Source of the DNA: Octopus sinensis
Lineage: Eukaryota
Assembly (NCBI RefSeq): GCF_006345805.1
Contig: NC_043008.1
Span: 44,702,001 to 44,766,000 of the forward strand
DNA: 64,000 bases
Direction: 5' to 3'
This document shows positions 52,681-64,000 of the stretch, one piece after another (position 1 is the stretch's first letter; each line of letters starts with the position of its first letter). The notes below the pieces were generated by a model. That model ran no database searches. It had not been told where the DNA came from and saw nothing but the letters and a program-made list of their open reading frames with translations. Made by a program: the position numbers and the translations under genes.

Positions 52681-53099
52681 TCGGGACCAAAAAAAAAAAT
52701 TCTAAAATTACGAGCTAACAACCCTTTCCCTAGCAACCCACTTTATTGACTGTCATCGTAAAATACCAACTTTCTTGAAAGCATCATCATTAACCTATTT
52801 AGGTTTAAATCAAAATATCACTGAAAATTTCATTAGGGTTAGGGTTTTAGTAACAACAGGTAATTTCACTAGACAAACATTTGCTGTACACCAACTGACA
52901 TTTTTATGACATGAATTTTGTATTTTCTGCATTTTGAGGACATTTTTGCCAAATCAGTCTTTTTCTTCTTTATCATTTTGTGAAGACCTGTAGAGGCAAG
53001 TGAAAATCGAAATCGATCAACATCAATGGAAATTGCAGCTGTGATACCAGTGCTAGTGGTACGTAAGAGAACCATCCGAATGTTATATCTGACCATTTT

Positions 53100-53690
53100 T
53101 TAATGACTACATAAAAAATGGAACGGTAACACAGCTGAGAAAAGGGTCAGTGTTGATACAAAAGGATGAAGAAAACAGAAAGGAAATCAGCAATTATGGA
53201 CCTGTTACATATTTACCATTACTCTGACAAAATGAAACTTGGATTCTCCGATCCAAGCAGTGAGGGTATTCATCCAGGATAGGGGAATTCTATTTGGGAT
53301 AAATATGTTTCTTGTGCTAATTATGAAGGGTGGCTGGAAGACAAACTCTTATGTTATACGACATCATTATTAGATCGATGTTGAATAATATGGGTAGTTA
53401 TATCCAGGATAATAGGAAGAATGGGAGAGAAAGTCTTCAAATAGTACATGAAGAATTAGGAAGGCACTCAAAACAAAACTAAATGGAGGAAATAATATTA
53501 AAGCAATATAACATGGGCAATGCTCCTTTTAAGTTAATTTGCTATCTTTCTCAAAAGGACCAAGGTGAAGATGCAGAACTTAGATAGAAGAACCAGGAAG
53601 CTGCTCACACATTCCACCATCTTAAAAGTGATAGTGACAGACTCTACCTACCAAGAAGGAAAGGGGCAGAGGTTTACTGAGCAAAGAATA
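53100..53690 (+). mobile_element. R4/Dong-like LINE RT relic with internal deletion
   Basis: VLIQKDEENRKEISNYGPVTYLPLL, VRVFIQDRGILFGI, RKALKTKLNGGNNIKAI, LDRRTRKLL, SDSDRLYLPRRKGGRGLLS. Confidence 0.75.
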
Positions 53691-53729
53691 TACCCGTAAT
53701 TCTGTGCCGAAGCCTATCGTATAAACGTG

Positions 53730-53890
53730 TGTGTGTTTCTAACGCTAGGAAATTGATGTTGGATTATTCACGTGCCCGTAACTTAGCGATTTGTTAAAAA
53801 AGTTCGATAGAATAATTACAAGGCTTAAAACAAACAATAAGCATTTGGGTCAAAGAAGTGCTTAAGCATGGTCACAAACCAGCAACTAAA
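53730..53890 (+). mobile_element. Degraded 3' part of SINE family B
   Basis: CCCGTAACTTAGCG...TTCGATAGAATAA...GCTTAAGCATGGTCAC. Confidence 0.45.
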
Positions 53891-54929
53891 TCATGCAAGG
53901 GATAAAAACCTATAACATGTATGGAGGACCATAACATTATCACTTCTTGTAGCGTAAAGAATGGTCAGTTATGTCAAAGCGTGTAACATACTGATCCTCC
54001 TTGACTTCCATAACCGGCCAAAATAATACCTTTTAAAGATGATAGACATTATTTCTAGCCACTCTCTCTGCAGTCGTATATCACGAAGTACATTATTCCA
54101 TGTGTCCATCTTGTGTATGGGTGAGTGTGGGTGAGTAGGTGTATAAGTTATATACGAGTGTGTGTGTTTATGTGTCCTTAAAGACACTAAAATCTGCCGC
54201 TCCTCAACTAGTTGAAACTCCCTCGTTTGCTTTTGTTTGTTTGTTTGTCTTCTTCTTTGTTTGTTTCTTTCTTTGTGTTACTCTGAATATTACATTATGG
54301 CGGGAAAAGTCTGTAAAAGTTTCACTACAATAAAAAAAAATGCAGCTGCTAGAAATGTCTTTCTTTCACGTATATCTAAAGTTCTGGTCGAGCATAATTT
54401 AAACTTCATTGTAATCTTGTCTATAATTGGTCAGAAGTTCCACCTTAGCCTAACAAGTGTTTTCTTTGCAGTCGCCAAAATCTTCACCAAATCATAGAAT
54501 ACAATCTCCAGGAACAGAAAGCTGCACCGAATAATGTGACATACAAACATAATGTATGGCTACCACTGGGATGCTTCTGATCATAGGCCAACTCAATGAG
54601 AACTAACTTACAATGATAAACTTCTTTAACTACAGCATTGGTGTATATTAACAGACACACCGACATATAACAATTTATACACGAACACAGCGTACGTATT
54701 AGTTTCTTTCTGACTCTATCAGGCATACATTATGGGCGAATATCTTGGTTATACGCTCTATTGGGGGGGGGGTGAATGTTTAAAGACTGTCATATATTAT
54801 GCAAGAACGCATTGAGAGAGCGAGTGTTGTTTTGCTGAAAAATTTGAATATAATTAACATTGAATATCTGAAGATTACCTCCATAATGGTAGAGGCAAAA
54901 ATATGGAATTATATATACACACACATTGG

Positions 54930-54980
54930 TATATGCGTACATACACATCCTCCCATATATATACACACACAGACACACAG

Positions 54981-55064
<84 letters not shown>

Positions 55065-55220
55065 CATACATGCATGCATACATACATACTACATACATAC
55101 ATACATACATACATACATACAACATACATACATACATACATACATACATACATACATACATACGTACATATATTTACATATATATGTATGTATGTATCTA
55201 TGTATGGATGTATGTATATG
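54930..55220. repeat. (CA)n(TA)n(TACA)n compound microsatellite
   Basis: Direct inspection. Confidence 0.9.
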
Positions 55221-56334
55221 TGTAAAACGATTGTGTTTTAGCGTGTGTTTAAAGACACTGAAATCTGCCGCTCGTACAGCGTACATTGGTGTATATTTCC
55301 ACTTTAATATTTATAATACTCAAAAATGGCTGTGAAATACAAAACATTTATTCTCGTATCTTCTGTAAAATTATTATCCCATTCATATATATATATATAT
55401 GTATGTTTTGATTGACAATTTCATACGCTGTGACATTTTTCAATTTCTCTAATGCATTTAAAATGTTCTGTTCAATTATCACGTTCGCATTTTCCGGACG
55501 TATTCTCTTTCTATTTTATCCTTATTGTTAATATTCTTGTTATCTTCTTTCACATTTAACATACTTGTACGGAAACTTAGTTTCACTTACTTTTATTCAT
55601 AATTTTGTTAATGCCTTTCGTTTTTCTCTACATCGCATATAGCAATAATTTTATCGACATCTGATTTGACTAAACGAACAGGAAGTTATTTTCTACAGCA
55701 AATTCCTTTCAATATAGATTTATATTTTGTGAGCTTTCACTTTATTTTGACAAGCAGAACTTATATATGTTTTAGGAATTTTATAAGACTTCCTAGTTTC
55801 GATAGTACACTTTAAGAAGTATATTTATATATTAAATAATCGATAGTTTCAATGGTGTATCGAAATATGTGAAGAACGACAACTCTTTGTTAACTAAACA
55901 CCAGAACCAATACAACAAACTGTAGCTACACTAGAGTTATCAAAACCACCCTCCTGAGCAACAGCGTCGCTGCAGCTGCCGCCGACACCATCATCTCAGT
56001 TCCAGTACACCCTACTTCAAACACAGACTGGCATTCATAAGAGACGTCCTAACATGAACTAAAAATACTTCATGAATTACAGATGTATAAAAAATAAAAT
56101 AAGTCATGAAAATAACTAGGGGAACGCATACTCCTACACTCAAACCGCACCCATTAGTTACATCAAGTGATAGTATATCTGCATGCAAAAATCAACAAGG
56201 AACACAAACTGAATAATAAATACTCCAAAACAGGAGGAGTTTCAAGGTCAAATATAACCAAACGGCTGCTTGTGGAAATAATCACAACCAGCGGTTGTAG
56301 GAGGTACGATGTTCTCCATAGGGATATTATAGTA

Positions 56335-56806
56335 AGGTCTTCTAGATGGGCCACAGCAAATATTCTGCTCAATACCACAGATTTGCTTGTCAGTTGTTTG
56401 ACCTTAAATAGTTGAGCATGTCCCTTAGTGACTGACAATATGCGCATCTATGATCATAATCAGAAGTAGTGGGGGAACATCATAGTCATGTGTTGAGAGG
56501 GCTTCTCTGGGGTTTGAATAATTCACCTTTGGAAACATGGGTGTTTCGTTCAACATCCGTAAACAAACCTTATTCAGGGACCTTTTGAGCGGGTTGGGTT
56601 ACTCGACCAGAAGAAAATTCAAACTGAGACCCAACTTCAAGGACATGCGCTGTTTATCTTGATATGAGAACACCATGTGGCGCACATTTCGTTGTGATGC
56701 ATGTACCTAGTGTACCCTTATCAGATGGTTAGTCATGATGGGTATACTGGGCTTCATTTATATTACCCCAGTGTATCTTTGATGGCATGCACCACTCTCT
56801 CACTCA
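56335..56806 (+). mobile_element. AAT-tailed retroposon 3' region (family D)
   Basis: Ends CACTCTCTCACTC followed by (AAT/AAC)n at 56806-56858; reverse complement of the copies at 50.0 kb and 63.4 kb. Confidence 0.75.
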
Positions 56807-56859
56807 ATAATAATAACAACAACAACAACAACAATAATAATAATAATATAATAATAATA

Positions 56860-57530
56860 CTGGGACTGTCCAGATCTGCAGGAAATGATGTAGGCGTGGA
56901 ATTTGGTATCTCGAAGTGTGCTATGTTCACTTTGGAACGGGTAAAAAGGGCAGATTTTTAAGGGCATAGAATTGTCAAACGCAGAGAGAAGGGACAATAC
57001 GGATGATTATGGGTTCACGTACCTTGAGATCCTGGAGCTGAACTATATTTTGCACAGAGAAATGAAACACAAGGTCATCACTGCACATTACATGCGCCTC
57101 AAACTTATCTTGAATTCAAAACTCGACACAAGGAATCTTGTGACTGCTATCAACAAATGGGCTGTTGCTTTAGTTCATTATAGTGCACCAGTCCTGATAT
57201 GGACACAAGCGGAGGTTGACCCAACTCGATCCCACTACCTGAAATAAAATGTCAATCTATGGTGCCCTCCACCCTGAGGCAAATGTACAAAGGCTCTACA
57301 TGAAGAGGGTAATGGTAGACGTAGGCTGATTAGAGTAAGGTAGCGCATTAACGTGGCAGGATATTTGGTATACAGCAAACAAGGACTGCTACAGTATGCT
57401 GCTAATGAGGAAAGAGTTACCAAAAATGGACATGAGGGTGCTCATGAATTCCGATCACGAACAGCCAGTGAGAGAGAAGAAACCCTACTCCGCATGGAAT
57501 CCCAGCAATTTTAGGAAGAAAAGAACAAGC
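56860..57530 (+). mobile_element. R4/Dong-like LINE RT C-terminal relic, 5' junction at (AAT)n
   Basis: NDVGVEFGISKCAMFTL, YGFTYLEILEL, YMRLKLILNSKLDTRNLVTAINKWAVALVHYSA, YGALHPEANVQRLYMKR. Confidence 0.8.
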
Positions 57531-58250
57531 CGATTACCTCAACACCCGATTACCTCGACACTCGATTACCTCGACACCCGATTACCTCGACACCCGATTA
57601 CCTCGACACCCGATTACCTCGACACCCGATTACCTCGACATCCGATTACCTCGACACCCGATTACCTCGACACCCGATTACCTCGACACCCGATTATCTC
57701 GACACACGATTACCTCGACACCCGATTACCTCGACACCCGATTACCTCGACACCCGATTACCTCGACACCCGATTACCTCAACACCCGATTACCTCGACA
57801 CACGATTACCCCGACACCCGATTACCTCGACATCCGATTACCTCGACACCCGATTACCTCGACACCCGATTACCTCGACATCCGATTACCTCGACACCTG
57901 ATTACCTCGACACCCGATTACCTCGACACCCGATTACCTCGACATCCGATTACCTCGACACCTGATTACCTCGACACCCGATTACCTCGACACCCGATTA
58001 CCTCGACATCCGATTACCTCGACATCCGATTACCTCGACATCCGATTACCTCGACACCCGATTACCTCGACATCCGATTACCTCGACACCTGATTACCTC
58101 GACACCCGATTACCTCTACATCCGACTACCTCGACATCCGATTACCTCGACACCCGATTACCTCGACATCCGATTACCTCGACACCCGATTACCTCGACA
58201 TCCGATTACCTCGACACCCGATTACCTCGACACTCGATTACCTCGACACT
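57531..58250. repeat. Minisatellite, 45 x 16 bp (CGATTACCTCGACACC and variants)
   Basis: 720 bp with an exact 16-bp period; variants CATC, CACA, CACT and CpG decay (TGATT). Confidence 0.98.
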
Positions 58251-58363
58251 AATTCCTTATATCGAAATCGGATCGATAAAGAACACATGGAACTTGGCGG
58301 AATTAGAACTCAGAATGTACTCGCTCAGTACTTTGTTTGACGATCTAACTATTCTGCCAGCTC
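58251..58363 (-). mobile_element. Degraded head portion of SINE family A continuous with the minisatellite
   Basis: CTTGGCGGAATTAGAACTCAGAA and ATTCTGCCAGCTC match the family A reverse complement. Confidence 0.65.
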
Positions 58364-58729
58364 ACATTCGTAATAACAACTAGAAGCAATAACAACAAGA
58401 ACAACAAAAGAAATAAAAAACGAAGCGAAAAGAAAATCTTTGAGAGAAGAAGCGGGGTGGGTGGGTAGAAAACGTAGAATGAGGTGGAGGAAGAGGAGAA
58501 AGATGAGAAAAAAAAGAATGGTGAGATTGCAAGTGGAGAAGTAATGATATAACTTTGCATATAATGTCTCTATACTGATAAACGTCGGTAATATATGAAG
58601 CAGATTTTGGATACTTTTTACATGTGGATTCCTGTAATGATGTATGCTATTACAACAGAGATAATACTCCGCCTCACAGCATGGGGTGAATAACGCCTTG
58701 AATTTGAAAGTACGGTATTCCAAGGGTAA

Positions 58730-58964
58730 GGCGGCGGCTGGCAGAAACGTTAGCACGCCGGGCGAAATGCTTAGCGGTATTTCACCTGCGTTACGTTCTG
58801 AGTTCAAATTCTGCTGAGGTCGACTTTGCTTTTCGTACTTTCAGGGTCGATAAATTAAGTACCAGATGAATACTGTGGTCGATGTAATCGACTTAATCCG
58901 TTTGTCTGTCCTTGTTTGTCCTCTCTGTGTTTAGCCCCTTGTGGGTAGTAAAGAAATAGGTATT
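58730..58964 (+). mobile_element. SINE family A, full length, ending GAAATAGGTATT
   Basis: A-box TGGCAGAAACGTTAG, B-box GAGTTCAAATTC, complete body and tail. Confidence 0.9.
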
Positions 58965-61545
58965 CCGAGGAAAATGATGCATCTAATTCACCTATTCAGT
59001 TTTTGTTTTGTTTATTTATAGCTATACCTTTGCAATTTCTAGTTTGTAATAAATATGTATAGCGCTATTTCGTTCTTTTTTATAGTTGTCAATATTATAG
59101 ATCCGTCAGTTATGAATTAGATACTATTTTACGAAGTGAGACACTTCATTAAAGAAGAAATACGTGGAATGTGTTTAATTTCCCTCATAGAATGTTAGTT
59201 TAGGAATCGAAAGGAAACGACCTGGGTGTGAGCTATATAGTTTATTATTAAATGGAATGGTTGGTGGTGGCGATAAAGTGTCTGAATGACTGTCTCGCCG
59301 TTTTTAAATTCGAACACATGTGTCCCGAGTTCAAAATTCACATGGTAAGCTTCATCTTTGTTTTTCATTATTTTAACTATGTGTCGGTCATAAAATTATC
59401 CATGTATAGACGTGGGCTAGGGAAACTGTTAGAGAATCAGGTAAGGTGCCCGGTGGTAACTGTTTCTGTTCTTTACGTTCTGACAGCAACACTTTTAATG
59501 ACACTAGTTCCTGACTTTATCGGCCCAAGGCAAAAGGTTTTCACTTGTATAAACATCAACGACAGGGGGAAAGGAAGCTCAAGCATGGGCAGCTAATAGA
59601 CTTATTCAAAATATTCTCGCATATATAAGTCCATATATGTCCAGATATACGCTGAATATTGATCCACAAAGGCCCCACTGAATTTTAAGCACTTCTGTTA
59701 GGCGAGATCCAAGAAATTACTAATATAATAAAGCAAAGCTTGCTCCATGGTAGCAATATCGAGGAGTAAACCTGTAGCAAAATTGTCGACGCTCTTAGTA
59801 AACCCAGTTGTCCCTTTTAAATATGTCGGCCTTGATTTACTTCTGATCCAGGGAGATCTGCTTGGGAGGAATTTACAAAAATGAGGAGCAACCATGATGG
59901 CTTAAGTCAAGCCATCTAAAAATGATTATAACAGTGCACCTGAGCACTGTATACAATAATTTGATTATATATATTATATATGTAGTGCCACTCACTTCGG
60001 CTGAAGACGTAATTAGCGGCTCTAATTTAAAAGTACTCCAGTGATAGTACTTTTGTCGCATTGTTGAAAACGGCAGTTTCTGTTGTTCACTTTATACAAT
60101 GCGAATATAGTTTGTGATATGAGAACACAAGTTGTAATGTATATGCAGTTAAGTGTGACATTATTTGAGACCTGCCTGCTATTGTGCATTAGCAGTCGTT
60201 GTACAAGTATTTTAGTTAGGGTGCTGGGCCAACTACCGGAATTTCTGTCGAGACGGGAGAGCCAGTAGTGTGTCTATGCCTAATCGTGAGACCATAGACA
60301 TCTACAGCGAAAACTCTACTAAATGATGTTGAATGTCGAATGTGGGTAGTTTATAATCTCTATGGTAAGTAATGTATGTGATACAATTGTACGATTGATG
60401 TGCCGCCAGTGACTCCAAAACTTATGATGTGTTCCCTTATGTCACCTATCCTCTGTTATGTGTATTATAGTTCGTGATGTATGAGTTAGAGCTTGTGAAA
60501 CCTGTGTTATTCTCTGCTGTAACATATACTATATGTGACTGAGCGATACCTGGTATTCAGACTATTATTTGTTTTTGTTCTTTTTTTCTTCGTTAAGTGT
60601 CAGTCTGAGAACTGCGGCCATGCTGAGGGTACTATCGTTTATATTTTATATTTCGAAAAATGTTTTATGTCTGCTAATATCTCCTCTTATGCATAATAAA
60701 ATTTATATGATACGTACTGCTTATATATGTTAGAATGTGACATAAATTTTGAGACACGCGGTATTAGATGTGTTAATTTTCATGCTATATGCTATGTTGT
60801 ATCTAATAATATGTGATGTATGTGCTTCTTAAATGTATTGGTGTTTATAAAATATGTATGTTCTAATTTGACCCGTATGTGATATAGAGATACATGTTAT
60901 ACTAGGCGTCGTAATGTTTATGATATCTACGCTGTTATGTCTGATAATGTGTGCTATTAAGAGTAATATAGTACATGATAAATGTCGCATTTATGTTTCT
61001 TAATATTTGTGAAATGTGTGTTGTTCTGTACTATAGCTTGTCAAGTAGGAGCCTTAGTTTGTGATACGTTTCATATTATGTGTGCGAATGGTTATGATAT
61101 ATGCGTTCTTATATCTGTTAATATGTTATTATGTGAAATATAGTTCATGTTATATATGCTGTTTAAATGTGTTAGAGTTCGTGAAATATGTGCCGATGTG
61201 TGTGCTTTAATTTGTAATTCGAAAGTAGGGAATTTGCATGATATAAATTAGATCCTTATGCTACATCAACATCGCTACCTCAATTCAAAACGGCAGAGCA
61301 CAGAATAAATGTGACTCCCCCAATAAAAGAAAGAGAAAAAGAAATTTGTATTCATCACCACTACAGCGTTTACATTAGCTATACTATGCATCATTAGACA
61401 TAAACCTGATTGAAATCACCTCTGAAAAACCAAGCAATCTAATAATGTTTTGCTTCAAAAAGATTTCTTTGAAGTCTGCTTTATTTTAGCTCCTTGCGGA
61501 TGCAATGTGGAAGATGTGTTATAGTTTGAAAAAAAAAAACAACAC

Positions 61546-61675
<130 letters not shown>

Positions 61676-61789
61676 GGCAACACAGCAACAACCATTTCTT
61701 GATAATTAAAGTGAGACTGCGTTGAAACTGCATCAAATTTCTGACTTTGATCATATTTTATTTTACAATTTTCTATGTTAGTTTGCGCC

Positions 61790-61802
61790 AGATATATATA
61801 TA

Positions 61803-61845
<43 letters not shown>

Positions 61846-61862
61846 GTATATATATATGTATG

Positions 61863-61909
<47 letters not shown>

Positions 61910-61944
61910 TGTTATATATATATTATATGTATAGATATATATAT

Positions 61945-61977
<33 letters not shown>

Positions 61978-62330
61978 ATTATATATATATATATATATGG
62001 TATATATATATATAATAATATATATATATGTATGTATGTATATATGCATATATGTATATATATATACATACCTGCATATTATATATATATATATACGCAT
62101 TATATATATAATATTATAATATATATATATATATATAATATATATCTATATATACATCATATATTTGCATATATATATAAATATATATATAAACAAATAT
62201 AGAGACAGATAGATATATACATATATGTATGTATACATGATATATGTATACACACACTCTCTCGCATACATACATACATACATACATACATACATACATA
62301 CATACATACATACATACATACACACATAAT
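61790..62330. repeat. (TA)n/(TACA)n microsatellite
   Basis: Direct inspection. Confidence 0.9.
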
Positions 62331-62619
62331 TCTACATTAGCACGTTCTGTTCGTCCAGCAATCGAAAGGTAACTAAAACGATTGTCCCAGATCTCAAATA
62401 TTTATTATTCAAGGAGTATCTTTGACATCAATTGATTAGCAGTACTCATTCAGCGCACATTTTAGCAGTGCTCTCTCTCTCTCCCTGTCTTCCATTCACG
62501 TCTCTCGGGGTTTTTATCCTCATTGAATCGAGAAGATATTACCGGTCTTGTACTCGGGTAGACTTCTTTGTCTCATAACCCACCCTCCTCATATTGCTGT
62601 CCTCTTGCGTATTTTGAAA

Positions 62620-62844
62620 AAATACTTTTATTATTATTGTTATTAATAATATTGCCATTATTATTATTATTATTAGTAGTAGTAGTAGTAGTAGTAGTAG
62701 TTGTAGTAGTAGTAGTAGTAGAAGTTGTAGTAGTAAAGCAGCAGCAGTAATAGTAGCAGCAGAGTAGTAGTAGTAGTAGCAGCAGCAGAAGCAGTACTAG
62801 TAAGTAGTAGTAGTAGCAGCAGCAGCAGCAGCAGCAGCAGCGTT

Positions 62845-62890
<46 letters not shown>

Positions 62891-63035
62891 TGTAGTAGTA
62901 GTAGTAGTAGTAGAAGTTGTAGTAGTAACAGCAGCAGCAGTAATAGTAGCAGCAGCAGTAGTAGTAGTAGTAGCAGCAGCAGAAGCAGTACTAGTAGTAG
63001 TAGTAGTAGCAGCAGCAGCAGCAGCAGCAGCAGCG

Positions 63036-63089
<54 letters not shown>

Positions 63090-63090
63090 T
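62620..63090. repeat. (TAT)n(TAG)n(CAG)n compound array with an internal duplication of about 190 bp
   Basis: The interrupted pattern GAAGTTG...TAATAG...GAAGCAGTACTAG...CAGCG occurs twice. Confidence 0.9.
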
Positions 63091-63290
63091 TGAGTGAGAG
63101 AACAAGCATATCGTCAGCGTGACACTGGGGGTACAAATACACAAACCCCAATATATTCTTCATAAGATCATACCAGGTACATGTATCACAATCATATGTT
63201 CTGGTCATGGTGATCTCCCATCAAGATATGCAGCCCATTAACTTCCCAGTAAGTAGATCCTAGTAAGACTTTTCTCCAGGCCGATTTCCT
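63091..63290 (-). mobile_element. Family D-related retroposon 3' end, diverged
   Basis: TGAGTGAGAGA...GTGACACTGGGG...GGTGATCTCCCATCAAGAT next to the trinucleotide array. Confidence 0.55.
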
Positions 63291-63381
63291 CCATTCCATT
63301 TAAAAGGCCTATGAATAAGAAGCCATAAGAGCCACTGGCCTGTACTGCTACAGGACATTTTGTCATTATTGTTATTATTAT

Positions 63382-63757
63382 TGAGTGAGAGAGCAGTGCA
63401 CGTCATCAAAGTGACACTGGGGTAAAATATACGTACCCCAGTATACCATCAGGACTACCCGTCTGATAAGGGTACACTAGGCACATGCATCACAACCATA
63501 TATGCGCGACATGGTAATCTCATATCAAGATAAACAGCACATGACCTTGCAGGTGGGGCTCAGTTAGAATTTTCTTCTGGTCAAGTAACCCATCCCACTC
63601 AAAAGTTCCATGAATAAGGTTTATTTAAGGATGTTGAACGAACCACCCATGTTTCCAGAGGTAAAGCATTCAAACCGCAAAGAATCCCCCTCAACACATG
63701 GCTATGATGTTCCCATACTACTTCTTCTTGTGATCAGAGATGCACATATCGTCAGCC
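63382..63757 (-). mobile_element. AAT-tailed retroposon 3' region (family D)
   Basis: TGAGTGAGAGAGCAGTGC...GATCAGAGATGCACATATCG with (ATT)n on the tail side. Confidence 0.75.
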
Positions 63758-64000
63758 TAGGGGTATTTTGTTTGGGGTGGGGTGATTTTGTCCTGATACC
63801 ATTAACGGGAATTTTGACATAATACTAGTAAGGCAGATTTTGTCCTAATACCGTTAAAGATAATATATCGAATTATCAGGAACAGAAGGACAATCGATTG
63901 AAATTCATGTAGTATTTTTTTTGTGTGTGTGTGTGATCTTTGAACTGTAAACTCAAACCTTACTGATTAATACGTCTTCACACATTCTGAACTTGGTAAA

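Noticed and set aside
52833-52844. TTAGGGTTAGGG telomere-like repeat
   Set aside because: Only two units, which is expected by chance.
57396-57965. 189-aa ORF with 16-aa repeats (TRLPRHPITSTPDYLD)
   Set aside because: It is a read-through of the 16-bp minisatellite and has no coding evidence.
57531-58250. CRISPR-like appearance of the array
   Set aside because: The units are contiguous with no unique spacers, and the context is eukaryotic.
60300-61260. T/G-skewed complex-looking region
   Set aside because: It reads as a decayed TATG/TGT microsatellite with no ORF or structure.

Overview
AT-rich, microsatellite-saturated eukaryotic non-coding DNA. The SINE families and repeat density suggest an octopod cephalopod (inference, not a database result). 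I found no confidently supported host protein-coding gene, and nearly all listed ORFs are microsatellite artefacts. The complex sequence is mostly transposon relics: (1) three tRNA-derived SINE families (labelled A, B, C here), with family A also as fixed-order dimers and trimers; (2) R4/Dong-like RLE-LINE fragments tied to (AAT)n arrays; (3) RTE-like pieces; (4) a Ty3/Gypsy relic (LTR-PBS-gag-RT); (5) a FLYWCH+MULE transposase pseudogene with a nested SINE; (6) a Penelope-like (PLE) RT/GIY-YIG relic; (7) a 45x16-bp minisatellite apparently born inside a SINE. The most notable signal is a set of at least five distinct short-repeat families carrying minimal type-I hammerhead-ribozyme (HHR)-like folds. 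Several have non-canonical cores (A6U, U4C, possible U3-A8), and several sit as head-to-head palindromes that look like MITEs. One is a tRNA-headed SINE with an HHR-bearing tail. All alignments and folds were done by eye, so element boundaries are approximate.
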